Shown here: in pieces, positions 27,158 to 40,800 of the stretch
Layout of the letters: each line of letters starts with the position of its first letter
How positions within the stretch are numbered: position 1 is the first letter of the stretch
Assembly (NCBI GenBank): GCA_964016885.1
Contig: OZ024740.1
Span: forward strand, 62,682,001-62,746,000
Length of the DNA: 64,000 bases
DNA from: Eledone cirrhosa
Taxonomy: Eukaryota
Reading direction: 5' to 3'
Translations under genes and position numbers: made by a program
The notes under the pieces: model-generated
What the model was told of the DNA's origin: nothing
The model's input: only the letters and a program-made list of their open reading frames with translations
Database searches by the model: none

Positions 27158-27736
27158 GGTTTCTGAATTTGTTTAGCAAGATTCTTTATCTGAAAACGTG
27201 TGTTGAAACCGATATTGTTATACTTTGGGAGGGTCATGTTGCCAATAAGAAACACATGCACCAGTAGCTTTCACTTCAATTTATTATAATAAATTTATAA
27301 ATTTAGGAATTTATAAATTTCCGGTTGGTTGGTTCCACAACCAGATGGTTGTTTATATATATTGTCAAAGTTCTTTCGTCACACATTCTGTGACCTCTTC
27401 AGTGACTGGGGATTCTTTTCTTTGTTTTTGTGCCTCTCCTTTGTTCTGTACTACGCCATCTTGTTTCTGTGTGAAACAAGATGGCGTAGGACAGAACAAA
27501 GGAGAGGCACAAAAACAAAGAAAAGAATCCCCAGTCACTGAAGAGGTCACAAAATGTGTGACGAAAGAACTTTGACAATATATATAAACAACCATCTGGT
27601 TGTGGAACCAACCAACCAACCAACCGGAAATTTATAAATTCCAAAATTTATAAATTTATTATAATAAATTGAAGTGAAAGCAACTGGTGCGTGTGTTTCT
27701 TATTGGCAACATGACCCTCCCAAAGTATAACAATAT
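27157..27736 (-). mobile_element. Fold-back element: ~260-bp inverted arms, 5-nt loop, one-sided tail; minimal hammerhead in each arm
   Basis: Arms 27212-27467 and 27473-27736; termini related to 35148-35587 and 30710-30745. Confidence 0.85.
27534..27576 (+). ncRNA. Minimal type I hammerhead-like ribozyme (mirror copy at 27364-27406, minus strand)
   Basis: GTCA-CTGAAGA-g-GTCACA aaatg TGTGAC-GAAA-G aa CTT-TGAC; stem III is only 2 bp. Confidence 0.55.
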
Positions 27737-27811
<75 letters not shown>

Positions 27812-27890
27812 GAGATGAGCGGAACAAGTAAACTTTAAACAATCTTTTAAATAAATTAAAATACGATTTAAATATTTACCTATCCAAAAT

Positions 27891-27969
27891 GCTTTTACGG
27901 ACGGTTTCGCCTCACAAAAGATTGGAAATCCAAAGGACTTCCAATGGAAAGATCGGCTCTTCAGAAAGC
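27891..27969 (-). ncRNA. Type I hammerhead ribozyme, GUA cleavage site
   Basis: Minus strand: GCTTT-CTGAAGA-GCC[..]GGC-GAAAC cgtcc GTA-AAAGC; canonical core, 5-bp stem I. Confidence 0.75.
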
Positions 27970-28266
27970 TATTTCCATTCTATAGGACGTAAAGTATCAC
28001 AGTAAGTAAATATATCGCCAACTGCCAGCTAGCGTAAGGTCGGGTCGTTAAAATGACCTACATACCTACATACCTGATTAGTTTTTTCGTTGTTTTGGTA
28101 TTGTATGGTTGGGTTTTGCCTGCCACAATTTTCAATTTGTCAAACTATGTAAACGTAATGTTATTACTCTGAGGACCTACCCTTATTGAGTGCTTTGCTA
28201 CTCATTTCTAATTGTAGGTCGACTTTGCTTGGCCACAGCCAAAGCTTCGATTTTACTAAGCTTCCA

Positions 28267-28353
<87 letters not shown>

Positions 28354-29039
28354 GTATATATATACATATATGTATATATATATATACCATTTATGTTATG
28401 TTGTTTACCAAAGGGTAGAACTGGTTTCCGGTTAGTAAACGGCGATGCAATAAATTAAAGCAGTCGACGTTATGCAATTCATCTATCGCAGATGTGATGT
28501 CCCGTAGCTGGTGTAGGAACGGAGTTAAATGTTCATTTAAAACAACAGAAGGCTGAACTGAAAACTTTCTTTAAAAATTTTATTCTGCAAAAACACTATA
28601 CATATTTCAATGACCCAGTTTCATCAACCGATCCTGATGCAAGACTTGGTCTGTCCCAATCATTCATTGAGCAACATCGGTGAAGTTGGCACCCTTAACT
28701 CACAGTTGGGTGCGGATGCATTCATGTATATATGTGTGTGTGTCCGCATGTATCTGTGTGTTTCTAATTATATTGTTAATAACTCCCTCTGGTCGAGCAA
28801 TCTTTGAAGTGTGGGGACAGCTGGAAGGCTTCCATTACTCATACTTCTCGCCTTCTTCACCACCTCTTCTGCGGCCTCGATATAAATGCCCCCTCCGCCT
28901 CTGTGGTATTTTCTTCGGGGTTATAAGAGGCTTAGCTCTGTTTCTCGACCGTTATATCGCATGACTATCTCCCCCTCCGCCTTTTGGGATTCTTTCTCAC
29001 GTCGTGTAGACGCGTTCTTGAGACTAGTAAAATGAGGTA

Positions 29040-29129
29040 TCCTCTTGATAAGTCGGCAGACCTCGCAAGGACTCTATGTCTTTATGATATATTGTTTTTG
29101 TTTATGCCACGAAACTACGTAGTCGAGGA
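29040..29129 (+). ncRNA. Type I hammerhead ribozyme with U3-A8 core variant
   Basis: TCCTC-TTGATAA-GTcGGCA[..]TGCCAC-GAAAC TACGTA GTC-GAGGA; palindromic stem III; ~70 nt upstream of (TA)n. Confidence 0.75.
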
Positions 29130-29198
29130 ATTTAGGAGCAGTTTAGGTATGATACATTTTATTACTAATTATATCTAAATGTTTCTTCTCTCTTCATA

Positions 29199-29290
<92 letters not shown>

Positions 29291-29304
29291 ATATATATAT
29301 ATAT

Positions 29305-29860
29305 AGTAATAATAATAAATTTGAAGACTAAATTCCAAAGAGGGCTCGATAGGGATAAATATATATCAGATATATAAGAACGGTAGAGCAAATATTTATT
29401 GAAATAGCATTAAAGTTTAAGCAAAGAATCGCTGCTTTCACCCTTAACGGGATCTTCTGAAACTAAAAAAGTCAATCTGTGAACGCAGAAGTAAATATTT
29501 CAAAAAACGTTGCAACCGAAGGAAGACAGGAAGACGATACATTGGTTCGTGGAAACGTTCCCTGGCAAAGAACGGAAAAAAGACGAAGATAATACGTCAT
29601 TATTTGGTGTGGTGAAAAGAATTACACGCAGAGACAAAACCACGTTTATGGTATAAATGAAGTTTGCAATTTTCAACTGTGTTGCAAATGGCAAACTTGA
29701 CTGTCACCACAGGATATTAACCTGAAGATTGCAAAAGCATGAAAGTACTTGTTCAATTAACACTTAACATTTAATATTCTACCATACTATTTCATTATAA
29801 TATCATTATAATTTTAAAGGATTGTAAATATAACGAGTAAATCAGACAAAGTTGGAATTC

Positions 29861-29870
<10 letters not shown>
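29305..29870 (-). mobile_element. Interspersed repeat in (TA)n with decayed hammerhead-like core; partial copy at ~21856-21950
   Basis: Shared aataaatttgaagactaaa.tccaaagagggct..gataaatatatatca; minus strand CAGAAGA-TCCC gttaa GGGT-GAAA near 29430-29460. Confidence 0.55.
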
Positions 29871-29925
<55 letters not shown>

Positions 29926-30344
29926 TCATCGACACACACATATATAGTCATATACCTACACCTATGCGCGTGCATGCACACACATGCCATTATATGGTTA
30001 ACTATACTTTTTTTTTTATTGAAAAGTAATTATGGAGAGGGTTAAAAACGAAAAACCATCAGATATATAGAGATAGCATATATATAGACCTCAGTTGGTA
30101 CTAGTTCCGGCTTTCTTCCCCCTCTGAATTAAAATCCCACCAAGATCAACTTTGCCTTTAATAGCTCCAAGGTCGTTAAATAAAATGCCAATCTAATACT
30201 GGAATCGATTGGTTTTTTTTTTATCTCTATCCAACTCTGTTTTTCACTGGAAGACATCGGTTTTGTACTGACCCGAAGATGGATGGATTCCACCAATCTT
30301 ATAATGTACTCAATACATTAGTAGAGTATATACAACATTTTATG

Positions 30345-30442
30345 TAGAAATGGCTTCTACAGGACTAGAACTGTTTCATTCGTAAGAAAGCCCTGATGAT
30401 TTCTTACGAATGAATCAGTTCTAGTCCTGTAGAAACCATTTA
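30345..30442. repeat. Short fold-back hairpin with CTGATGA in the loop (partial hammerhead)
   Basis: ~42-bp arms aaatggcttctacaggactagaactgtttcattcgtaagaaa and its reverse complement. Confidence 0.7.
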
Positions 30443-30783
30443 TATATATATATATATAAATATATATATATGCATATGCGCGCGCGCGCGTGTGTGTATG
30501 TGTCTGTGTTTATATTTATGTATTATACTTACATAAAAATTTAATGTTTGTCGGATTAATCCTTAAATGCCTCGTATATATTATTCAACTCCGTTAATGC
30601 ACCAGCCATGAGATACGACATCTACGATGGATGATTTGCATAACGTCGCGTGCTTTCAATTCTACACTCTGGTAAACAATATAAATAATATATATATATA
30701 TATACACACACACACGATTTCATATGAAAAACCTTGCAAAACAATATATATATGTCTATATATATATATATATATATTATGTC

Positions 30784-30815
<32 letters not shown>

Positions 30816-30859
30816 AAGAGAGAAAGAGAGAGAGAGAGAGTAGGAGACACAAGACACAA

Positions 30860-31165
30860 GAGACAGAGAGGCACCCAAGGCAAGTGCTTCCTTAAAATGC
30901 CACACCTGGGCGAGAATACCACCAACGCTATCCGCAAGGCTAAACGGGGGGAGGGCCTCGACATCCACCTGGCCCACTCGGGCCCCTCCCTGCGAAGATG
31001 CCTCTCCAGGAAACCCGGGAAATCAACTGACGCGTGCTCCCTCAGAGACTGCCCGATACGCCATGCGAAATGTTGCCTACGCACATACGTCGTGTATAAG
31101 ATAGAATGTGACAGGTGCAACCAATACTATATAGGTAGCACAATCCGACCTTTGCACATCCGGAT
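30860..31165 (+). mobile_element. Penelope-like element fragment (thumb/linker, CCxC, GIY-YIG endonuclease)
   Basis: FLKMPHLG..C.LRDCP...C....VVYKIECDRCNQYYIGSTIRPLHIRI. Confidence 0.8.
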
Positions 31166-31166
31166 C

Positions 31167-31274
31167 AACGTAGTCTTCTCTCGAGTAAACAGCATCTGAT
31201 ACCTCTTATTCCTAATTTCTCACTTAGTTCATTTATGCTTTGCCGTTCGCGTATATTACTATATATATATAGAC

Positions 31275-31337
<63 letters not shown>

Positions 31338-31371
31338 ATATACGCGATAATATATATATATATATATACGC

Positions 31372-31430
<59 letters not shown>

Positions 31431-32128
31431 ATATACGCGAACGGCAAAGCATAAATGAACTAAGTGAGAAATTAGGAATAAGAGGGATCAGATGCTGTTT
31501 ACTCGAGAGAAGACTACGTTGGTATGGTCACGTGATGCGCATGAAAGATGACAGATGTATAAAAAAGTGCAGGGCGATCAAAATAGACGGTAGCCACGGA
31601 GTAGGTAGACCCAGAAAACGTGGGACGACTTGATAAAATCCGACCTCAAACACTTACACCTCTCCAAGACAATGTCACTGGACCTAGATCTTTGGCGCTA
31701 CGTAGTAATACAGAAGATCCGCCTTGCCTGGGTACAAAGCGAAACCTGCAGTCGGTAGGAGCCTCTTAACCAAAATACACCCCCGTCCCACTACCCCTAT
31801 CCCCACCGCCATCTACACCACCTCTTTCGATGTAACGCTATGTTGGTACCACAGCATCCAGTCCTAAATGAATGAGGTCGTGTGGGTGTCACGACATAAA
31901 AAAACACAGTCCACGCTGTAATGTGGCTGTGTAGGTAACACGGTAAAAACCTCCCAGTCCACACTGTAAACCTGGTTGGTGTTAGGTAGGGCATCCAGCC
32001 GTAGAAAACCCGCCAGACAGTCCTATACGAGCAAGACAACCAATCTTGCCTCAAGTGGGACAATTCCCGTCAAGACCCATGCTAGCGTGGAAGATGGACG
32101 TTAAACGATGATGATGATGATGATGATA
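31167..32128 (+). mobile_element. RTE-clade LINE 3' fragment with inverted 5' duplication and (GAT)n tail
   Basis: [17 protein letters not shown]; tail GGACGTTAAAC(GAT)n; 31167-31265 is the reverse complement of 31425-31520. Confidence 0.8.
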
Positions 32129-32138
32129 TATATATATA

Positions 32139-34877
32139 TGTAGTGACCTACATTCCGCGGGCTCACATACATTCTCTGTGCGTGATTTGGCTCAGCTCAG
32201 CCAATCAGCGCCAGTAGAAGAGGATGTATCCCTACGCGTTCTGAGGGAGAAATAGCCCGCAAAGATTTGAGGACGCTATCACTTCCAGCTAGACCGTGCT
32301 AAGGTAAACACCACTTGTTCTTTTGCTCTGCCAGCACAAACAATATGTAACGACACAACAATTTTACTACGGAATTGGCTAAACGCCTCAGCCAGTCGAC
32401 CGTATTTTCTCTTGTAATCTTAATTGATTTGTTTTATTTCTCTTGGCATGCCACCTCAACCTCTGTTAATAAATTATGTAAAACCAAGCTAAAGTCGTTG
32501 TCGATATTCCTATCATATCTTTCTACCAAACCTGGTTCCTCGTGGCGACATTACAACTCTCTAAAATATAACTCTCCGCTAAATTGGTGACAATATGCAA
32601 CCCACCAAATTGGTGACCTTCGACGATTAAGTATGAAAACGCAGCCAATTTGAATTCGCCATTCGTTTTAACGGCAATGTGGAGTGGCTTAACATTTGGA
32701 ATGTTCGAATCGGGTAGCTAGACTCACTTAGCGGAAGTCCATAAAATTCATAATATTCCATTTGTTGAAGCACGCGGCCTGCACAATATTTCTGTCATAA
32801 CTTTCATGGTAACACTAGTGACTCACGCATACAGACGAACACAAAAATACAACACAAAAGAAAGAGTTTTTTCGACGACTAACAAAAAATTTCTGGATAT
32901 AGAATTTTGCTTTCAACATTCTGTTAAAATTACAAATGGAGACTCAAAAATGTTGTTTTCCCGCGTACAGTTTGTCTTCTTCAATCCCAGCCATCTGATT
33001 GGCTACATCGTGCCACATGACGCTTTCTTCATCGCAAGCACATTTTTCAATCAGCCATCTTGGGATTTTTTTTTACCAAATAATTTTCATGGAAAATGAT
33101 TTTTTTTATTGTTCAAATTTTCTTTAGAATATTTTTTAAAGAAAAAAATTAGCAGTATTTCAAAAACTTTTCGCCACGAGGAAATTTCAAAACCGCTACC
33201 ACCAAGTACCAGCCATCAGCAGCAACACATGGCTAACTATTAACCAACACCAGGGAACGGCTTGTAACTTTACCGACGCAACCACCATACCTTCTGTCTC
33301 GTTACCACAAGGACTCGAGAAATTAAGACATTAGTTTTCTCACCATTATGGCGTCAGACGTGGCTGCCATGTTGGTGACGCTAGGTTCTTCAAAGCTCGA
33401 CTTCTACTCTACAGAAGATTCATTGTGACTTTGCTTTAACAACAACTCTACTAGCTCCCTAGTAAGAGCGTTCCCAAAGAAAAAAGAAGCGACTTCTTTC
33501 TTCCTTTTTTTTCAGGCATTTATTTTGGACATTTATTTTTTTAAAACTGTATTATATGAAAATTCATTTCTCTCTATCATTGTATATGTGACCGCACGCA
33601 CACATTTTCTTTGCTGTATTACATGCCTGCATATATACACACACCAACATGTTGTTGTCTATAGTATATGATCTTCAAGCGTCGTAATATTCTGCGAGAT
33701 CCCTTTTCACCTTCTGGAGGTACCAAAACATGCTATCGACACTTGCAGCTTAATTCACCTGCACCGCAACACGAGTATGCTAATTGCAGCTGAACTCAAA
33801 CAGTTTCGCATCTCGTTGCACACTCATCGTCCATAACAACCTATCTTGTTATCTTACCCAGCTCACCGGGAAAACAACAAATAGAACTGGACTTGTCAGC
33901 ATTTTCAATACTTCTGTGGATTCGCCCGAATTATGGTACTGCAACCCACCTACAGATTTAACTTGCTTTTTTTTCTTTTCAAAGCAACCAGCCATTTTTT
34001 CCTGGCTCCCTAGCACATTCGGCAATACATCTGGGAGGCCAACATTTTCTCGCCTACCCATCATCTTCTTGCCAGCACTGGTAACCTACCATAATAGCTT
34101 CGTCCACAGCTACTGGTACAACACTTACCATTAACATTTAATGCAAGAACAGCAACTTCGCCCATGTCAGACTTTATCTGTTTTCTGGTAAACCTTTGGT
34201 GGTCACGTATAAACTAAAAAACAGCTAGTCATTTGACAGCGGCTCAACACGGCCCGTCGCGCCTCATTTTTTTTCTTGCATGCATCTTTCTGCTCAATTA
34301 TTTTTTCACTGATGTGCTCTTTCAGCATTTGTTCTTGCTGATTCAATAATCTGTGGGTCCTCGGCTTCATCGTTAACGATTTTCGGCTAAAAATCTGTTC
34401 GGAGGTGATGTAGTGACCTACATTCCGCGGGCTCACATACATTCTCTGTGCGTGATTTGGCTCAGCTCAGCCAATCAGCGCCAGTAGAAGAGGATGTATC
34501 CCTACGCGTTCTGAGGGAGAAATAGCCCGCAAAGATTTGAGGACGCTACCACTTCCAGCTAGACCGTGCTAAGGTAAACACCACTTGTTCTTTTGCTCCG
34601 CCAGCACAAATAATATGTAACGACACAACAATTTTACTACGGAATTGGCTAAACACCTCAGCCAGTCGACCGTATTTTCTCTTGTAATCTTAATTGATTT
34701 GTTTTATTTCTCTTGGCATGCCAGCTCAACCTCTGTTAATAAATAATGTAAAACCAAGCTAAAGTCGTTGTCGATATTCCTATCATATCTTTCTACCAAA
34801 CCTGGTTCCTCGTGGCGACATTACAACTCTCTAAAATATAATTCTCCGCTAAATTGGTGACAATATGCAACCCACCA
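32139..34877 (+). mobile_element. Non-autonomous LTR retrotransposon (Gypsy-like), 469-bp LTRs, in (TA)n
   Basis: LTRs 32139-32607 and 34409-34877 (TG..CA, about 7 differences by eye); PBS-like TGGTGACC at 32611; purine tract before the 3' LTR; no intact ORF. Confidence 0.88.
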
Positions 34878-34900
34878 AATATATATATATATACAATAAT

Positions 34901-35078
34901 TGTTTCTACTTTGGGCACAAGGCCAGCAATTACCCAGTGCATTACTGGTACTTTATTTTATCGACCCCGGAAGGATGAAAAGCAAAGTTAACCTTGGCGG
35001 GATTTGAACTCAGATCATACAGGGAGGTAACTCTATGCTTCAAAGCATAGCATCCGACCCTCTACCGATACTGCCAAT
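34901..35078 (-). mobile_element. Short-subfamily tRNA-SINE
   Basis: Matches 16187-16364. Confidence 0.88.
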
Positions 35079-35147
35079 GAGAGGTATTCAGATATATGTG
35101 CATTAATCCTTCTTATTTTATAATATTTTATATATATATATATATAT

Positions 35148-35587
<440 letters not shown>

Positions 35588-35616
35588 TATATATATATAA
35601 TCTATATCTATATCTA

Positions 35617-35729
<113 letters not shown>

Positions 35730-36267
35730 GTCTGACGTGTGGAATATCGCCGGTAAGTTTTTTGTTAATTTCTATGCAAAAAACCGATCTAATTGTTTGA
35801 AAAAATACAACACTTTGTAGATTAACCCCCAAGCTGAATTGTCAGCTGGGTGGTAATCCCATTTTTCGCCCCTGTAGAGGCGAAAATTTTATTTAAAAAA
35901 AAAAATTTGTTTTAAAATATCAAATTTTACAAAGTAAAAAACTTGAGCAACACTAGAACGCTGGAGAACGTTAATAGAGAAAAGAGAGAGAAAGAGGCAG
36001 ATATTAACGTTATATCTGCTTCTGCTGCTATGGACGTTGCCATAGATACAACTGTTACAAAAGAAAAAATATATCAACATTTGAAAATTTTACAATTTCT
36101 ACCGCCGAAGCGGAGAAAAATGACAATAACACACGGGAAAACACGGCAAAAAAACCCATTGACATACACATGAAAAAGACATCAACAACTCTACAGATAC
36201 ATCTACACATAAAATTTCCAACAACGATAACATCATTATCAACAACAACATCACACAAAAAAAGAAA

Positions 36268-37820
36268 ATGTCTTTCGCTGACACAGTCAACAAGAAACAA
36301 GATTTTATAAATCTTGATATCTCCAACGCAAGAGATATGCTCCAGCAAGGGAGAAAATTTGTAACTTTCGAAGAAAGAGGTGGGTTTAGAATTAACTCAC
36401 CCCTTGAAATAAAGGAAGACACAAACCGCCGATCAGTCAATTTTAGGACTGTGTCAAATTCGTCAAGAAAACCGACATTTGTTAATCAGTCAGATATAGA
36501 AGATTCTTTCAAGGAGATTCTAGCAAATGTCGATTTTCTCCAGCGAGGAAAACAGTACGGAAGTGTTTCCGTACTGTTTAAAAGCGAGACACTCGCCCCA
36601 AAAAACTCTGTGACACCAATAGTGTCAAAAGCATACACCTTTTTCCCTACATACATGGGGAAAAGGACACAACAAATAAAAATAAAAAACATACCTCCAA
36701 GCATTAACATCTGGTGGATCTTGGCTGGCTTCGTAGAGCCAGAAACAGACATAATACTTTCGATACGAAAATCCATTCGACAAAGGTGGGCGGGCACCGA
36801 TTTGGAGATTCTGTTGCAAATGAAACCGGAGAGAATCTCCAAAATACCCGAAAGAGTCGTTATTGATAATAACAACAAAATAAACATTTCGGTAGAAGGA
36901 CGAAAATTTCACTGCTTTCGCTGTGGTAGCACATCTCACCTAAAAGCCTCTTGTCCACAAACACACAACAACAACATCATAAAAAAACGCTATTACCAAC
37001 ACCAACACCAAAACAACCACCACCACCACCACAAGTACAACGACAGACGAAACGAGCAACCACACCAAAACAAACAGACACTCAACCAACAACAACAGAA
37101 AAAACAGAGACAACACCCTTGAAGAACACATCCCCACTCCATCCGACTCCATCAAACACTACCACAAACACACATACCGAAACACCACCACCACCACCAC
37201 ACAACATACCCTTACCCCACACACTTGACGATGATTATTCATCGACGGATGAAGCTGCTTCTCCTTCTTTAAGTGAAGAAGAGGGAGAACTGCGGAAATC
37301 CAAAAAACAAAAAAAAGAGACACCACAAAACCCCAAAACTCCAATCACCAACACCAACACACAACCACAGACACAAACAACAACACAAACAACACCACAG
37401 TCAAACATCCCCCTATCAGCAAAACCAGCACCAACACCACCCCAAACACAAGCACCCACCATAAAAAGAAAACTCCCGGATGAACAACAAACTAAAACAA
37501 TACAACAAAAACACAAACAACAATACGCATACATCAACACAAACAACAAGAGTTTGATGGAGGTCATCTCCCAAAACCCCAAGGTGGAGACGGAGGGCAA
37601 AACTTTCGTCAAGGCAGAATCGTCTCCACACCTTAAACTTATAAGGGTTTCTATGGAAACCTATAAAGACCTGAAAATTAAATTTTCACAGGACGTGGGC
37701 AACCCCTGCCACAAACCCATCAACCGCGTCCCGTTGAAAGGTTTCCCCACCCCACCCAACACCCCATCCAGCACCCAAATGGAGATTGAACAACCCGATC
37801 TCCAGGAAACGAAAAGGTAA
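36268..37820 (+). pseudogene. Tx1 copy 4 ORF1 (CCHC knuckle), one frameshift near the A7 run at ~36981; may start further upstream
   Basis: ORFs 36268-37122 (HCFRCGSTSHLKASC) and 36951-37820 (T/P/Q-rich; AYINTNNK block shared with copy 1). Confidence 0.8.
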
Positions 37821-37861
37821 GTGCACCTTTCGTCCTTTTTCTCCAACTTTTCTTCACCAAC

Positions 37862-40800
37862 ATGGCTGGTTTACGAGTTGGAACCGTGAATGTGCGTGGC
37901 CTAGGGATGCCCTGGAAACAGGGCCAACTTTTAAACGACCTTAGGTCACACAGTATGGATGTGATAGCCATCACCGAGTCCAGAATCCACAACAGGCAGC
38001 AACTAACTCCCATCTTCGACGACTTTGAGATCTACGCATCTCTCTGTCAGCCAGGAGGTGGAGGTGGAGTGGCTGTTATGTTTCGGAAGAACCTGGACGT
38101 CGGAGTACAGCAAGTACACTTGGACCCGGAGGGTAGACTGGTAGTCCTAGACGTGAACAGTATCGGAGGTGGAGCCTTCAGACTGGTGGCCGTTTATGCC
38201 CCGACCGGGCAATCGCAATCACGGCCAGACTTCTTTAAGCGTCTAGAGTCTTTTCTGGGAACGTCTCGCTCCTTACTTTTAGTGGGGGACTGGAATGGTA
38301 TCCTAGATGCACGATGGGACTATGTGGGAGCATGTCCCAGTAGAGCGGGGTGCAACAGCCTCAAAACTTTAATCGGCCAATTCCAACTGGCCGATAGGTA
38401 TCGACTGGATTTCCCGACTGCACCACAGTGGACGTGGGTAAACCGCAGTGGGACATCTAGATCGTATTTAGATAGGTTCTTCATTAGAGAAAGGGACATG
38501 GATATGTTAAGCTGTCCACGAATGCACATGGTTGCCTATTCAGATCACAAGTTAGTCGTCTGCTTAGTCAACCGTGATAGAATACATAGACAGGGTCCCG
38601 GATACTGGAAGCTGAACGTGTCGTTGCCGGCACGTAAAGCTTACAGTGAACGGATAAGTAAACTAGTCAAGCAACAGTTAACGGGAGCCATCGTCAACAA
38701 TAGATGGTGGTACTCTCTCAAGAAAGCAATTAGAATAGAATCGATAGGGTATAGCAGAGAGTTAGCCTTAGAGAAAAACAGAATAGAAAGAGAACTAGTA
38801 GCCAAGGTAGAGGAGGCACTTAGAAGTGGCAACGCGGCTAGAGTGTTAGCGTCGAGAACGGCACTGGACCAGTTCTTCGATGCGAAACACGAAGGCTGCG
38901 TGGTCAGAAGCAAAACACGTGCTCTAGGAAACGAAGGAGCGAAAGCTGTCAGCTGGGCCCGAGTGGCGGAGGCAAAAAGTGGCAACAAGTCCACGATTCG
39001 GTCTTTGAAAGACCAAAACGGACGCGTGCTACTTGACCCCAAGCAAATGTGCACGGCCTTTCAGCGGCACTTTGCGCGACTGTTTGAGCAGAACGACGGT
39101 GAGCCGAACGGGGCAATGGACTTTAGTTCATACCTCGACGGCCTGCCGCGTCTCTCGAACACGGACGCCGAGTTCTGCGAAAGACCGATCACGGACACTG
39201 AGATACGGGACGCTCTGGGCCGCTGCGGGAAACGCAAGTCACCCGGTCTAGATGGTCTACCCTACGAATTTTACATAGGCATGCCGGACTTGTTCTCTGG
39301 CGTCCTCGAAGCCGTCTACTGCAATTGGCAGCAGAACGGGAGAATTCCCAGTTCTGCAGGCAAGGGCGTAGTAACGCTGATCAGGAAAGACGAGAACAAG
39401 GGGGACGAAATTAACAACTTCAGGCCCATAACTCTGCTCAACACAGAGTTAAAGATTTTGGCCAAGGTGCTAGCGACGAGGTTGGCGCTTGTCGTCGAGA
39501 ACCTGGTAGGGAAAGCGCAAACGTGTGCAATCCCGACCAGATCCATACACGACAACCTCCACCTCATGCGATACATCATAGAGAGGGTGGGTAATAAACC
39601 CGGCTTCGGTGGGGCTCTGATCAACTTGGATCAGTCTAAGGCATTCGATAGGGTCGACCATCGATACTTGGAAGCGGTTCTCAAGGCGGCCGGTTTCGGT
39701 CCCGTGTTCAGAGGATGGATCGAGGCGATGCACACCAGCATCTGCTCGAGGGTCAAGGTGAACGGCTACCTATCGGAGCCGTTCGCAATCACGCGTTCCA
39801 TTCGACAGGGATGCCCTCTCTCCTCCATTCTGTATGTATTGACTCTAGAGCCATTACTGCGGAAATTGGAGCTGTTGCAGGGCACCCCCCTAGAACCGGG
39901 ACTGCGCAAAGCGGCGTCGGCTTATGCCGACGACGTGACAGTAATGGTGTCGATCACCTCGGAAATCGGGGTGATCGGCAACATACTGAAAGAATACGAA
40001 ACGCTGACGGGAGCAAAACTAAACCCAGACAAGTCTGTCGGTTTGCAACTCGGTACGTGGAGAGGCAAACCGATGACATCCGACAGCGTCGTTGGACGCT
40101 GGACGGACGGACCGGTGAAATTGCTCGGGGTCTGGTTCGGTCCAGACCTCCAGGTGGAGAAAAACTGGAACGAGGTCACGGCCAAGGTGTTTGCACTCAC
40201 TCAGAAGTGGGCAGAGTGCAAACTGTCCTTGAAAGGTCGAGCGGAGGTGGCGAACACTTTCATAGCGTCCGTCATCTACTACCGCTTGACTGTCGTGCCT
40301 TGTCCCCGTGAACACCTCGCCAAGATGGAACGCATGCTCTTCCAGTTTCTGTGGAAGAAGCAGGCTCCGCTGGTGAGGAGATCCGTCTGCTGTCAGCACC
40401 CTTCCAACGGAGGGCTGGGAATGCCGTGGCTGATGATGCGCGGACATGCGCTGAGGCTGCGGTATCTCCAGGTATTCCTCACCGACCCCCAACCGGTGTG
40501 GGCACCGTTTGTGAGACAGGCTTTCCCACAGCTCGTCTCGCTAACGGAGCTGCAGTCCTGGGTGAAGAAAAGACCGAAAACGATGGGCGCCTGGCACATT
40601 GAATGCGCTCAGGCGCTCACAGTCCTCTGGCAAGCGGGCGCAGCAATCAGTGGAGACTCCACTTCGACATTCTATAGAGGGATTGTATGTTACAAGGGCG
40701 ACGACGTGTTCGGAAAGACTCTGGGCGTCGAAGACGATGAGCTCACCAGTTTGTTTAGTAGGACTTTCCGCCCGGGACCTATGGACAACTTCCAGAGGTC

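Noticed and set aside
27329-27644. Mirror-image ORFs on both strands
   Set aside because: A consequence of the palindrome; no protein motif
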